64,000 nt of DNA from Psilocybe cubensis (taxonomy: Eukaryota), in the NCBI GenBank assembly GCA_017499595.2, contig CM039008.1:682001-746000 (forward strand), given 5' to 3'. The notes below the pieces were generated by a model. The model had not been told where the DNA came from. It ran no database searches and saw nothing but the letters and a program-made list of their open reading frames with translations. A program made the position numbers and the translations under genes. Each line of letters starts with the position of its first letter. Positions within the stretch are counted from its first letter, which is position 1. Of this stretch, positions 38,333 through 51,480 are shown in pieces.

Positions 38333-38879
38333 ATCTCGGTCAACGCACGCGTAATCTGCACTTGAACGTGCGCTGTCCATTAGCAGACCTCAGAGGCAGA
38401 GCGGAGGATTGGGTTATAATTGGATATATGCTGAATCGCGTGTTTTATGTGGTTTTCTTTAGTGGTTTCTGAGAGATTCGGGTATGTTACGAGTTACCGG
38501 GACATCGGGAATGAATTATGATTTGGGTGGAATGTGAGTGTCTAGTTTTGCTGCAAAACTGGATCTTTAATAGGCTTTGTTAATGTACTCGATTCCTTCG
38601 TTCCTGGAAACCAATTTAACACTGCATTCATAAAGTGAGTCTGAAAAGAATCATTATGTAGTATTCAAGAACCATTCGGATTACTAACTCTTTCTTCCAA
38701 AATTCCAAACAACGACAAGCAGATTGTGTTTGCCATAACGGCGTCGTGTCCAGAATAGAGAATGGGATATGGAAAGAGAATAACTGCGAAAGCAGCGGCG
38801 AAGGTATATTATGACTGTTTTACATTGGTAACTAGAACTCAGAGCATGTCCTTGTGCTATGTGAGCTGCTGGAGGAGGA

Positions 38880-40130
38880 CTCGAGAAGGAGAAAGTCCGA
38901 GTCAGTGTGTAGTACCTGTGAAACCCATTACCCTGCGGAAATTTCCCATATACATGCATTTTAGGCCGCCGCGGTTGGCGGAGGTCGGGATCGGTGTGTG
39001 GACTTTGCTCGTTCTGGTTCCAAGTCCAAAGGGGCTCAAATATGAGTGGAGGTGTGGGTGTGTACCATGTAGCTGGTCGGAGTCGGAGGTTAGGCGTTGC
39101 ATATTTGTCGGCGGCATCCTCAAGTTCCACACGCGCGCACGCGTTTTCTGTGGGTGGCAGTTGCACCACCCGACGAGGTTTCAATTTCAGCTTGTAGCGG
39201 GAGTGATCTCCCCGTAGCGCTAGCTCCCGCATCGGAATGATGTGTGTTCACATCATTAGACGCCGACGCACTTGGATGTGGCGCGCGAGTGAGCGGCGCT
39301 TGTTCTTGTATCTGATCTTCACTTGGGTAACACGCTTCACAACGACATCGAACTCTTTTTTTATACCCGACTCGCAGACTCAGAGGCGAAGCAGCCGGCG
39401 ATGCATCAGCAACACTGATGTACGGGCGCAGCACGCTTCCTTCACCCTGCCTCACACTCCACGTCTGTGGACAGGGTAGCGCGCGGCTGCTAAAAAGTCG
39501 CCGAGCAGGGGGTGGCGCGGCTTCTGCTATGGAGCCCGCTAGTAACATAGGCAAATGGGATCATGTCGCGGATGTCAAGCTCGGGCGTGGGATGGAATCC
39601 GAGCGGTAGGGATGTGTTAAAGGAGGGAAGGGAAGTGGACTGGGAGGTCAAGCTGTGAATGGATAAGCGTCAGCGTCTACCTGAATCTCTGCCTCTGCTG
39701 ACGTACGCGTATGGGGACTGGGCGCATTGCTGCTCGTCATACTACTCTTTTTTGTCTGCTTTAGTTTTGCCATGCGATCCGGTTTTGGTGGTTTTGGTAG
39801 AGGGCGAAAGTGGGAGGTGTAGCAGGGTTGGCCTACTTGCAGAGGCTGCTCGGACACTGGTAGAATGACAATCCTGGGTGGGTATTGAGGCGGAGGCGGA
39901 GGCGGCGGCAGATGCAGTTCTGGATGCAGTTGCTGATTTGAACTATACTGAAGAGTTGGAGGAGTTTGAGACGGGCCTGCAACTGTAGCTACTGCCTCTA
40001 CCGCCTATTGTGTTGCATGTCCAAGTGGCGCCGTCTGTTTGTCAAGGGCGACGTCACTTGTTGGATCATTTCGGAGTGGATGCTGGAGGAGATAGCCCGT
40101 CTCCCATCAGGCATAGTCACAATAATTCTT
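38880..40130 (-). pseudogene. Decayed paralog of the 435-2618 gene
   Basis: Shared peptides (LFSSRALP.PQTWSVRQGEGSVLRPYISVADAS, PHT.PDLRQPRRPKMH) scattered over different frames, with deletions. Confidence 0.8.
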
Positions 40131-41016
40131 CAAGCGCGGGCGCTTGTGGACTCGGACGAGCTAGAAGTCTGGGGATGGAGGGGAAACGATTAAGACACGG
40201 TACTCGTTCCCTATAAACACCGTCAAGCGCTGTAGCCAGTACTGTAGCCGCTCTGGATTGGCATCATTGGCATATAAGATGGATGCCGCCTTCCCAAAAA
40301 ATCCAGAGGAGTATATGGGCTGGATGGACATAGGGAGTATATTTGAGGCATCTTGTAATTTAAAGTGGCTCTGAAAACGTACCTGGTATTGCGATATTTC
40401 CACTTCGTTACAAGTAGACGCATGTCGTAGACATGCTTAGAGTCGACACCAAATTCGGTCTGGAGTTGGTTATTCCAAATATTTGTTAAATTCATTGGTA
40501 GGAGGAATAAAAGGGAGAAATGGGCGCAGCATATACCGCCGATGGGGTGCTTTAAATATCCCTGTATGTTTTCTAGCGGGCAGCGAAATGGAGTTTAGGT
40601 GGTCGACTCACGATAGATTCTTTATCGATGGGATCGATCTTTTGTGCGTGCTCACTGTGCGCGAAGCAGGGATAATAAGTCAAGGGACCGAGGCGTCAGC
40701 GGAAAGGAGTTAAATGTTCACACTCCTCATTGTTCTCGGTGAGAATACCGGGGCGATTAAGGAGATAATCTGCTATGCATTTTTATAGATCTTCAGTACG
40801 GCCTGGGAGATGCTCATGGATGGGAAGAAGAACCTGTAGATCAGCGTCGAAGAGGAACTTTTTGGAAGATTTTCGGCGACCCGCCATTCACATGCACACA
40901 CCACCTCAAGGTTCAAGTTGCGTCAAGACAATTTTTTTTTCTGTTCTCGGATCTGCATTAAATTTCTGTTCTCAGACCTGCCTTAGTATACACACAAGGT
41001 TGAAGATTAACTTGAC

Positions 41017-41477
41017 GTGCTCTTAAACAACGCCGCAATTTCCAAGTTCGAGGATAATCAGCATCCTTCAAGTATTTCGGAATCTACACTTCAAGAGGTG
41101 ATGAAAACCAACTTCTTCGACCTTGTTCTGACTACCGTAGTACGACCGTCTTCGTTCCTCGAGTCATGCGGAAGTCGTTGGCGCCTGTCGTGCAGTCACA
41201 TATGGCTGCTAGGCTTGGATGGCCGGTGGTTGCTTATCGCGCTAGCAAGGCCGCCGTCAACGCATACACGATTGCGCTGTCTCAAGAGCTCCAGTCTGAG
41301 GGATTCAGGGTAAACACAACAGCCCCAGGCTTAGTGTCAACTAAGATAAATGACTTTTCAGAGGAGGGTAAGTCTCTGAAGGAAGGTGCGCTCTCTTTGC
41401 AGCGCTTTACACTGCTGGATAAGGATGGTCCGACTGGAAAATTTCTCGACTGGGAGGAGAAAGAGATGCCTTGGTAG
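41017..41477 (+). pseudogene. Short-chain dehydrogenase/reductase fragment (carbonyl reductase-like)
   Basis: LLNNAAI, TNFF, AYRASKAAVN (YxxxK), RVN..PGLVST; lacks the N-terminal Rossmann motif and is frameshifted. Confidence 0.7.
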
Positions 41478-43135
41478 ATATCACATAGGGACATTCCATT
41501 GTTGCCTCTGAGTGAGGAGTTCAATATGCTCGGAGGTGTAGGAGTTTTTCAATATTTTAAAGTGGTAACAAGAGGACAAGGAGTAAATAGCCCCTGAATG
41601 TATTCGTGAAAACCTTCCCGGGGATCAACCCGACCTCGCGAAGGAGTGCGGAAGCGGGCTTGAACACGCCCAACGACGACAACAGTCCGAGGTATATCAC
41701 CCCCCATGTTTCTTATTCACTATCGATAGCCTCTCGACAACCGCCAAATGAAACTTGTCCTGGCACTTTGTCTTGCACGTATGACCACCGTGAACCGGTT
41801 TTGCTGCATGAATAAACTACTTAAATCAAAAATCTATCAAGTACCTGCACTTTTTTACCAAAGCCCTACACACCTACGGAAATTCGCGTCACCACGAATA
41901 TCTCAACCTTTCACTTATTAAATTCCTTTTCATTCTCGAACTCTCAAGTCTCCCTACTCATCTTTTCATTCTCTCACAGAAACACAGGTAAAAAATCGAA
42001 CTTGAACATGGATCCAAAGATCAGCAAATAACCCTGAACATGTGCCACCGTGAGAGTGAAGTGAGGTGTTGTTTGGTTCGAGCAAATTAGAATGATGATA
42101 AGCTTGCAGTGGCGCTACGCAGTGTTTACAACGCTGTGAGGACATCATACTGAGCAGAGAGATGAGTTGAAGAGTGTTTTGCCCGCCAAGCAGCAGAAAC
42201 GCCCGAACAGCACAACGGCTGCTTCCACATTTGGCTAAAATCAACCTCCCGGTGAATACACGTGACGAACGCACAGACCACATTTCGAAAAACTATATAA
42301 TGCGGACACCCACATTGCTGATTCCCTTAGAACATACTCAATCAGGATCTGTTTACAGAAACTGACCGAGTCTCGCATTTTTACAAATGCCGCATTCTTT
42401 ATATCCACTCGATGACATCCGCGCTCACTCGTTTGACTGAGAACATGGCCTTCTCTTCGGAGGAGGTCTCGAGGACGTTTGGCGGGTTTTGAAGTATCGG
42501 GTGTTCTCGCAAGAGCCATTCGAACACCTTGCCAGCGAGTTGAGCGTCTGTCTGATGGATACATTTCTTTTTATTATTTGATTTCTTACTTATATTATCT
42601 TTTTGTACGCAGTTCTATACAAATTCAATTGTGCTTCACTTTGAAAACTGAGCTTGTCTGATTCTGAATTTGTGCAATTGTGAAAGTTTTTTGCATTTTT
42701 TGTTGTATCTTTGCTTCTGCGGCCTAACTCAACTGCAATAGCATTTACATGGTGAGTCCGTGACTGTGCCTGCAGTCCTGCACCCCCACTCCCGTCAACG
42801 AGGAGAAGCAGTCATTATAGCTGCACATCCTGTTGCCTCCTCCCCCGCCCCCGCCCCCGTACTCAACTACACGATAAGCAGTGTCTAGTTTCGAGAACCC
42901 ACATCTCGAGGCATGTGTGTCTGCGAATGTGGCCGTGCGCGTTGCCCAGAGGGCGGTATATACGCGAAGTGCCCACAACTCCCTCTGCTCTTGAACCGAG
43001 AGCAGCTACCGCCTTGCCCCTTACCACCCTTCACGCCCCTTACCACCCTTCACAAGCAGTGGTTCACGCCGGTTTATGCCTCCTGTCAACATTCATCACC
43101 CATGATGTTGCCATTAACGATGTACTTCAAAAAAA

Positions 43136-46100
43136 AAACCAAGGGGAATGCCTGACACAGAGGCACAGCGTACGTACGATAGGTCAAATGACAAAAGAGG
43201 CAAGAAGGGCGTCGAACCCCCTGCACCTAGAGCACCCACAGTGCATATGCAGCGAGTGTCAATACGTAGGCGACGAACCCTAGTAGGATGCGAGAACCCT
43301 GCAAAATGTTTCACGACAGCCATAAAAGTGATGAACACGTTACCGGAGAAATGGCAAACTAGCACATGGCGACCGCACGAACTCACACAACAGACACTAG
43401 GGTCGTACAGAGAGGACACCCCACAACAGGGCAATAGGGCGAAGGTAGCCCAAACAGCCCAACTCGAGTGCCCGGAAAAGGCACAGGACTTGTATAGAAT
43501 ATTCACAGAACACCGAACTAGATCTCTTAAAAGACCAAGACACCCAAATCCACCCCACACAAACTGCCCCCAGAAGATATACACAGGCACGCACACGGAC
43601 AAAGCAAACCCCAACAAGAGAGGACTCGCGGTGATACTGACGGAAGATGGCAGGGATCCCACGACGAAGGCGTTTAGGCCTCACGGTTTAGGCCTCACGA
43701 AATATGCTGGTCGACGTCGTACCGACGAAACCCTCAACAAAATGATAAGGGACGTTAAGAGACTATTGCAAATAACGATAACTCCAGCAGATTTGTGGAA
43801 AGCAGTGAGGCACAGAGATCTAAACCGAATAACTCGTTACTTCCTCTGGATGGCAATACATGACGCATACATGGTAGGCAGGAACTGGCAAAGATCATCC
43901 TTCTCAGCTGAGCTATAGGAGAGAGGAACATGCAAGACATGCGCAACAACGGAGACCATGGACCACATACTATTCGAGTGCAAGGCGACCGGCCAAGAGC
44001 TAGTATGGGACAGAATAAGTGAGGTCTGGGAGGAGAGAACCTCGAGTCACCCATGGACAAAGTGGCCACTCCCCCACACATTAGGAACTGTTATAGCAGG
44101 CCCAAAGGCCAATTTGAGTGCGGACCCTGATGACGAGGAAAAGGCTGGCCTGATCAGCCGCCTGTACAGAATACTGACAGCAGAAGCTGCGCATCTAATA
44201 TGGAAACTGAGATGCGAGAGAGTGATAAATAACGAGGACAAAGACTTCACGGAACAGGAGGTAATAGCAAGATTTAACAAGACACTAGAACAACGCATCA
44301 TTATTGACATTGGTGCAGCAACGACAAAGAAAAAGAAGAATAGAGCACGCCAGACCAAGCGGACCGTGCTACTGACATGGAGAGACACTTCCTTAGGCGT
44401 GGCCCACCTGCCGGGAACGTGGCTGGAAAGAACAGGAAACGGAGTTTTAGTGGGTACAGCAGAGACAGCGAACGACGACAGGGACAGAGACAAGGAACAC
44501 ACCTGCTGCTAAGCCCCACACAGCGTGCGTAAAGCATTTCTTCGTGGTGTACACTTCCAGCGACTACTACATCACCAAAAGCGCAAAAAGCATGCCATGC
44601 CATGCCGTCCTTGGAAACTCCCACGATGATTGGTTGCTGTTGGATTAACAATAGAACACGGATTATAGAATTGTGAACAGTTTGTACTGCCATGTATTCC
44701 ATGAAAATAAATGGAGTAAAATTGTAGCATGATACCATGTATGATAAACCTTGAATAATGGCATACATTATTTTGTACACTTTACAATGTTATTACAATC
44801 TTTTTCAATATGATACATGCCATCCGCCGAGTTATTAGTAGAATACATGAGAAAGCATATTTTTGTAAATATTTGTAAGAATGCTGAGAAGGACCATGCA
44901 AAGTGAGCATACCATACAATGTTCTCATATTTTTTTAGGTGTTTGATTGACAATGATTGTATATGCGCATATACACAAAATGAATCGGAGATTCAATCTG
45001 CTGTTTATGCCAGCGTGGGACTCAATGTAATCGACGCCGACTGCGCCTGTCACTTCCTCACACCCACCTCAACTACCCAAGCAATGAGCTTGGGTAGAAG
45101 CACATTCACGCATCTGGTTCATTGCTCGGGTATTCCCCCGCTGTAGATGGTGCCTAGGAATTATTGGGCATGGAAATACACTGGGCACTATCCCAGCGGG
45201 TGGAATTAAGCATCTCACCTTTAAGCCTTTCAACCCTGTAACCCGTTGAAAAGCATACAGAGATCACCTACTGCAACTTGACGTCACTTCTGGGAGACGC
45301 AGTTGTCCTGAATAGGTATAATCACGTGAGTAAACGCGTCCCATGGCTTTTCCAACTGAATGTGACTCAACTGCATTTCTCTTTCTTACCTCCATCTTGC
45401 CTCTCTTCCACCATCTCCTCCCCGCCTAGCCATTGAAAAATGAAGTAGACCCTATCACTTCCTTGGATCTTCATGTCAGTGTCTCCAGTGCTTACAAGTT
45501 TTCTACCTTTTTTTAGGAAATTTCTTCCGAATTTCAGATTTCTATACCTCTTTTGTGCGCTTTTACACCTGCAGAAGGCCATGGCTATATGGGTGTAATA
45601 TACAGAAGCAAGTTTTAAAAAAATGTGAGTATATGCGCATACATTATACTTTCTCTTTGCTTACCCAACCTTTTTATACTCAAGGCCGATTAATCAGATA
45701 AAGATGAGATGTACGTACATTATCTTGCATTTTACAGCGCATACATTCACATCTGTCACGCAGTCTAGTGTTGCCGACCGATATGCTGCTAAAGCTTGTG
45801 CTAAACATTTGGTAGTTTGAAAAACATATTTGCTTTTCTACGAGGCCATGTTTTATATCTGATGAAATATAATTGATTTGTGCATCAATTTGTGTGATAT
45901 AGTACAAATGTAACGGAAATAAATAAACGACTGGATGGGCAACTACCCAAGCTTTCTTGTTGATCCCTTCTATGACTAGAATAGTAATTATATACATTCC
46001 CGTTCAAGGCCAAACAATCTTGGGAAGCATTGGAATCCGATGGATGCCCATGTATTTTGCACCAGAATTGTATTGACTAATAATTCTGTATAACATTCCA

Positions 46101-46331
46101 TGAAACCTTATGTGAACTTAATGCAATTCATTTTAATGGAAAACGGGCAAAATTATTCTATGTCATGTAGGTCATGTAGACCTTCTAAGGCCGATGCATT
46201 CCAATGTAACTAAGTTGCGGTTTTGCTAATGTAACTACTAAACGGGACTAAGGCCCTATTCCTTAGATATCACCTTGGCGGACCGGAGGCACGGCGAGGC
46301 CACAGCTAACCGGTTCCACCAAAAAAAAAAA
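43136..46331 (+). mobile_element. 5'-truncated non-LTR (L1/Tad-like) retrotransposon insertion
   Basis: ORF2 C-terminus at ~43650-44512 (FLWMAIHDAY, in-frame stop at 43918, CKTC...ETMDHILFEC, LIWKLRCERVI, GVLVG); A11 tail at 46321-46331; 17-bp direct repeat GATGTACTTCAAAAAAA at 43119 and 46332. Confidence 0.65.
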
Positions 46332-46661
46332 GATGTACTTCAAAAAAATATGACATTGAGTATCCTAAATGTACTAAAGTTGATCTGTGACAAAGGATGG
46401 GAGTTAAAGGTGTCTAAAATGGTCTGTTGTTTGCTAGCATTGCTTAGCGTTACGGTGCTACAAAATCCTAATCATACGAATTAGTGCACAGTAGAAGCAT
46501 TGGGCATGTGGTGTCAGAAGGGTACTGATATCGGTAAAATTAGGGTTAGGGTCAGACCAGCGCCTGAAAAGGCATCCAGAGGTTTCCGTATTTAAAAAAA
46601 ATGTTTTCACCTTCGCCTCATTATCTGTGCCATAGGCGCTCCATTGCTCTACGGTTGGAGT

Positions 46662-48281
46662 ATGTACAGAAGATGTTCCAGAGGACTTCTCTATGAACGC
46701 TTTCTGCAGCGGCATGGCTTCGTACGCGCCCAATCCACCGTCGCGGCCTCACAGAAACCGCGGCCAGACCCATTCAAAACGCTCGCCCCTAAGCTCGCCG
46801 AACTACGCACAGATCTGATATCCATGCTAGGCTCAGGGCATCCAGCAATCAACGAAATCGCCAAATACTACTTCCTACACCCGTCCAAGCAAGTCCGCCC
46901 CGTCATCGTACTACTGCTGGCACAAGCGACGAATGGGCTCGGCAGCGACTGGAACAAAAAACTGTGGGAGGCTGAATGCGAGAACGCGGGAGGGCGTCAG
47001 GAAGAGCTGAACCGCCCGCTCTCGCGGCCGGACGTGCTGAACGACTGGAACCCGAGCATGCCTGCCAACACCGCCAACTTCGACCCCAAGTTCGCTATGC
47101 ACCCTGCAAAGCCCCATCGACCGCCAAAACCGCCGCCAGCGTACTCGAACGCGTCGGTGTCTCGTACACTCGCCAATATCGTGCTCCCCACGCAGAGGAG
47201 GCTGGCGCAGATTGTGGAGATGATGCACACGGCGTCGTTGTTGCATGACGATGTGATTGACGAGTCCGCGCTCCGCCGCGGTGCTGCGTCTGCGCCGGCG
47301 TCGTATGGCAACAAACTGTCCGTGCTGGGTGGGAACTTTGTGTTGGGGAGGGCGTCAGCCGCGCTGTCGCGTCTTGGAGATGGGGAGGTGATGGAGCTCA
47401 TTTCCAGTGTGCTGCCGAATCTGGTGGAGGGTGAGATTTTACAGCTCCGTGAAATCAAAATGGACGACGACAAGGCCGCGGTGTCTGCCAAACATGATGT
47501 CGACGTGGCGAAGGATATACTCGAGAAGAATATAAGCGGGCAGAGGAGTCGGGATGCGTGGAACATCTATTTGCAGAAGACGTATCTGAAGACGGCCAGC
47601 TTGATGGCAAAGGGGGCTCGGTCCGCTGTCGTTCTAGGTGGATGCAAAGAAGGCGAGGTGTGGAAGGAAATTGCTTATGCTTACGGTCGCAATTTGGGAA
47701 TTGCGTTCCAGGTGAAGTCTATATCCCACTTTTACAAATACTGTTTACCTTCTTACCGCACGCTTTCGTTAGCTTGTTGACGATGTACTCGATTATGAGT
47801 CTGCTTCGGCCACTCTAGGAAAACCTGGAGGCGCAGATCTCCAGCTTGGACTTGCAACAGGGCCGGCGCTCTACGCCTGGGAGGAGTTCCCTGAGATCGG
47901 CGACCTCATTCAGCGCAAGTTTGATAGGCCGGGTGACGTGGAGTTGGTAAGTGATCCGTTTGTTGCTTGTACAACCCAACGCGTTTGCATATATCTCATA
48001 ACTGTCCGACACTCTTGACCATCTCTCGTCGTCATTCATTCATCCAACACATCAAAATGTCTCGCTGGAGTGTGGAGCTGAAACTGACTGAACGCCTTTT
48101 TTTTTCTTTTTCTTGATAGGCCCGCGATTATGTACTTCGGTCATCGGGTGTCCAACGAACGCGGGCGCTGGCACAGGCTTACGCTGATAAAGCCAAAGAA
48201 GTCTTACAAGAGCTGCCCGACAGCGAAGCAAAGGCGGGTCTAGAGGTGTTGACGGAGAGGGTCATTGGGCGGAAGTCATAG
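46662..48281 (+). CDS. COQ1: Trans-polyprenyl diphosphate synthase (coenzyme Q side chain, Coq1-like), 3 exons
   Basis: KQVRP, EMMHTASLLHDDVID..RRG (FARM), KTASL, GIAFQ|LVDDVLD (SARM); Arg-rich mitochondrial-type N-terminus. Confidence 0.88.
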
Positions 48282-49927
48282 TTTCACAATTCGATCGTGC
48301 AAATTGGCTTTTTTCGCAAATCCCTTTTACGTGTTTTCGTCCCTTTTCTTACGATGTTGAACATTTTATTGATCATTGGCTTTGTGAACCAAAATTCACC
48401 GGCGTCCATTTGCTCTGGGTCTGGAGCTGAAGCTGCTTTGCCTGTCTATTTTGGCATGAATCCGATTGTCATGGACGTCGATGACTGAATGTTAACGAAG
48501 GGCATCATTTAACGGTCATCAACGTCATTTTTCTTACACCGTCGGTTTCAAGCCTTGCCGCCATATACTTATTCCCCCAAGGTGCGTACCGTGTACATGT
48601 ACAATTCCATTCAACCCGAAATAATTTATGATTTGTCGGTCTTGGGAAAAGAAAGTGTATTGGGAAAACCGTTGTTGTTCGTCCGTTGATGTCGTTCCGG
48701 TATGGACCCACAAGTGGTTTTAAGCGCTATGTCCTCGGTCCGTCGCGTTTTACTGAAGTGGTCTGATTTACCAAAGGCGGCTATGATCATCTTTTCTATC
48801 TTTTCTGCCCGAGGGCACTGCAGTTTCAAGTCTAACGCACTGCGCAGTACTAGACTACATTCTGATCTATTGACGGACTACATCATTTTTTGTTCTTGCA
48901 GAGTCGAAACGCACTCAGAGTGACATTTTTTTTCGTGGCATTGGTCAGTGGTGCATTGTTGCATATTGTCGCATTTTTTCGATTTGTTTGGGCTGTCGGT
49001 TTTCAAAACTTCCAGGCCCATCATTTTCTTTCACTGTGGTGCTGAGACTGCTGACGCTGATGACGTCGGATGTTGTGTCGGTAGGGTAACTTGTCAATGT
49101 GAGTGCCTTAATTGAAACTTCATACACGGAACATTTGTCGACCTGCCAACAGGGCTCTGTTCCGTTGACATCCTCGATTCGGATACCACTTTTTTTGATA
49201 GTGGAAATATCGCTCATCGCTTATACGTCAACGGACATCAAAGTACGACGTCCCTTGGACAATATTAGAATGTCGCAATGACTTGTTTTCCAACGCGCAC
49301 AACGTCAGGGATATTGCGAATTACGTTGGACATTTGAGTGCAAAGACACAGCTCTCTCCATCTTTGCTGAGGAAACTTGGGTGGAGGTATGTGGACTGCA
49401 CACAAACCTTACGGTCGATCATGATGTATAATGACTCGTGATGATTTAAGGTTGCGTGTTCTCTGATCTGCTAAGTAATCGCAGGTGCTCTGCATCAACT
49501 CCGGGGGCGCGGTAGATCGCGAGCAGCGAAAATCTCGACCCGTCAGGCCACAGCGTTGGATGAAAAGAGCCAGGTATAGTATTTGCTATCTTGGCGGATG
49601 GATGTTAAAGGCTACTTACTCCGAGCTGCCGCCGAGCTTGGGAAGGACGCCACTTCATTGCGCTTGCGCTTGCGTTGGCTGTTCTTGTTGTTTGTGTGGT
49701 GTGTATGTGTGTCCATGTCCAAATTTGAATTGGACAGGGGGGTGTCACGATTGCGATTGCGATTGCGATTGCGCGCACATCAGTCATAGCCATTGCTGAG
49801 GTAGACTGCTTTTCGTATTTAAGCGCTATCCTTTTTTGTAGGATGACCATAATCCACCCCCTCCACTTTTCTTATCCTTTCTTTGGCTTGAAACTACCTC
49901 ACCATAACCCCTCGTGCAACGAACAGG

Positions 49928-51409
49928 ATGTCTAAACAGTTGATTTTGGTACGCTCAGTTTAATATTATCCTGTCTTTTGAGACTATATTAACATAACCT
50001 ATCTCATAAGGTCACTGGTATATCTGGCTTTATAGGAGGGCATGTCGCTGAAGAACTGTTGAAGCATGGATTTCGAGTGCGAGGGTAAGCTTATACCTCA
50101 CTGATTTTCTTCTCTCTGTGGTGCACTCGGTGTATCCGTCACTATCGGAGAAGTTCAGTCGCTTAAATGGCTTCATCAACAGAACTGTGCGAGGAGCCAA
50201 ATACCACACTTTTGTCAACACGGTTAAGAGGCCTGATCTGGAATTCGTCGAGGTGGATGATGTCGTCACGGGAGATTTTACCAAGGCATTGGAAGGCGTG
50301 GAAGGTGTAATTCATACTGCATGTCCGCTTCCAGGAAAGAAGAACCTGGAGGAACTATTATCTGTGAGTCATCTCTGCTTGCAAAATTAATTATTATCGA
50401 CATTCTCATTACTCTGAACCTATTTCTTTGCTTCTTACTCTTTCTTAGATTGCTGTGCAGGGTACTTTGAATGTTGTTCGTCAGGCTCAGCAGGCCGGGG
50501 TGAAGAAGATTGTGGTCACAAGCTCCTTTGGTGCTCTTCTTAGTCGTAAGTCAAGCTTTTGCTTTACTGTTGCCGCTTGACTCGGGTTGATCTGCGCGTA
50601 ATTTCGCGTAGCCACACACATGCCTGCCTTTCATGGAATCAACTTCACTGAAAACAGTAAGTTATTCGTTATTATGACGGTCCTTAACGGGCGCCATTCC
50701 GTTAATTCTGTCATTTTTCTGTCTTCTCACTTACATGTATCTCATTAGTGTGGGGAGAAGTCGACGATCAAGAACTCGAGAAAAACAAGGACGAAAAATA
50801 CTACGTATACTTCACCGCCAAAATCAAAGCAGAAAGGGCACTATGGGCGTTTGCTTCGGAACACCCAGAGCTCGAAGTCGCTACAAGTGAGTTACAGACT
50901 CACGTTTTGTTCCAGTACACCTTATTAATGATTCATGTGCAGTCCTCCCTGGATGTGCTATAGGGCCATATGCTCAAACATTCCCACTGCCTGCCAATAG
51001 CGACACAATGGCTACAAACGACTTTGTCCTTCTCGTTCTCAGCAAACAAGAACCGCCATTCGCTCCGAACTGGATGGTCGATGTTAGGGACGTCGGCAAA
51101 GCGCATGTCCTCGCATTGGAAAAACTCCCTCTACCTAGCGAGGACCCCAAAAGGTTCACTGTTAACTCTGCGACGTATACATGGGGTGCCGCCGCTGCGT
51201 ACATCAAAGAGTCCCGTCCAGAACTGGCGGATAGATTGTTCCCCTTGGAGGATATCAAGCCGCTTCCTGGTGTGCTGTCTACATTGGACACGACGAGAGC
51301 TAAGGAGATTCTAGGATTCGATGAATTTATACCTGTGGAGAAGGCTCTCGATGAAGCTGTGAATGCAGTTTTGGAGTTGGAGAAACGATGGTCAAGTAAC
51401 GACATTTGA
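49928..51409 (+). CDS. NAD(P)-dependent epimerase/dehydratase family aldehyde reductase (Gre2/Ari1-like), multi-exon
   Basis: VTGISGFIGGH, VIHTACP, VVTSSF, YFTAKIKAE (YxxxK), VDVRDVGKAHVLAL. Confidence 0.85.
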
Positions 51410-51480
51410 TTTGGGTTTTAGATGGCTACGCGTTGTAATTGTAGTGTATGATTATACGGTAATATTCCATTAATTCGTTT

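Noticed and set aside
46662-51409. Secondary-metabolite (terpene) cluster formed by the prenyl synthase and reductase
   Set aside because: The synthase looks like housekeeping Coq1, and no cyclase, P450 or transporter lies nearby
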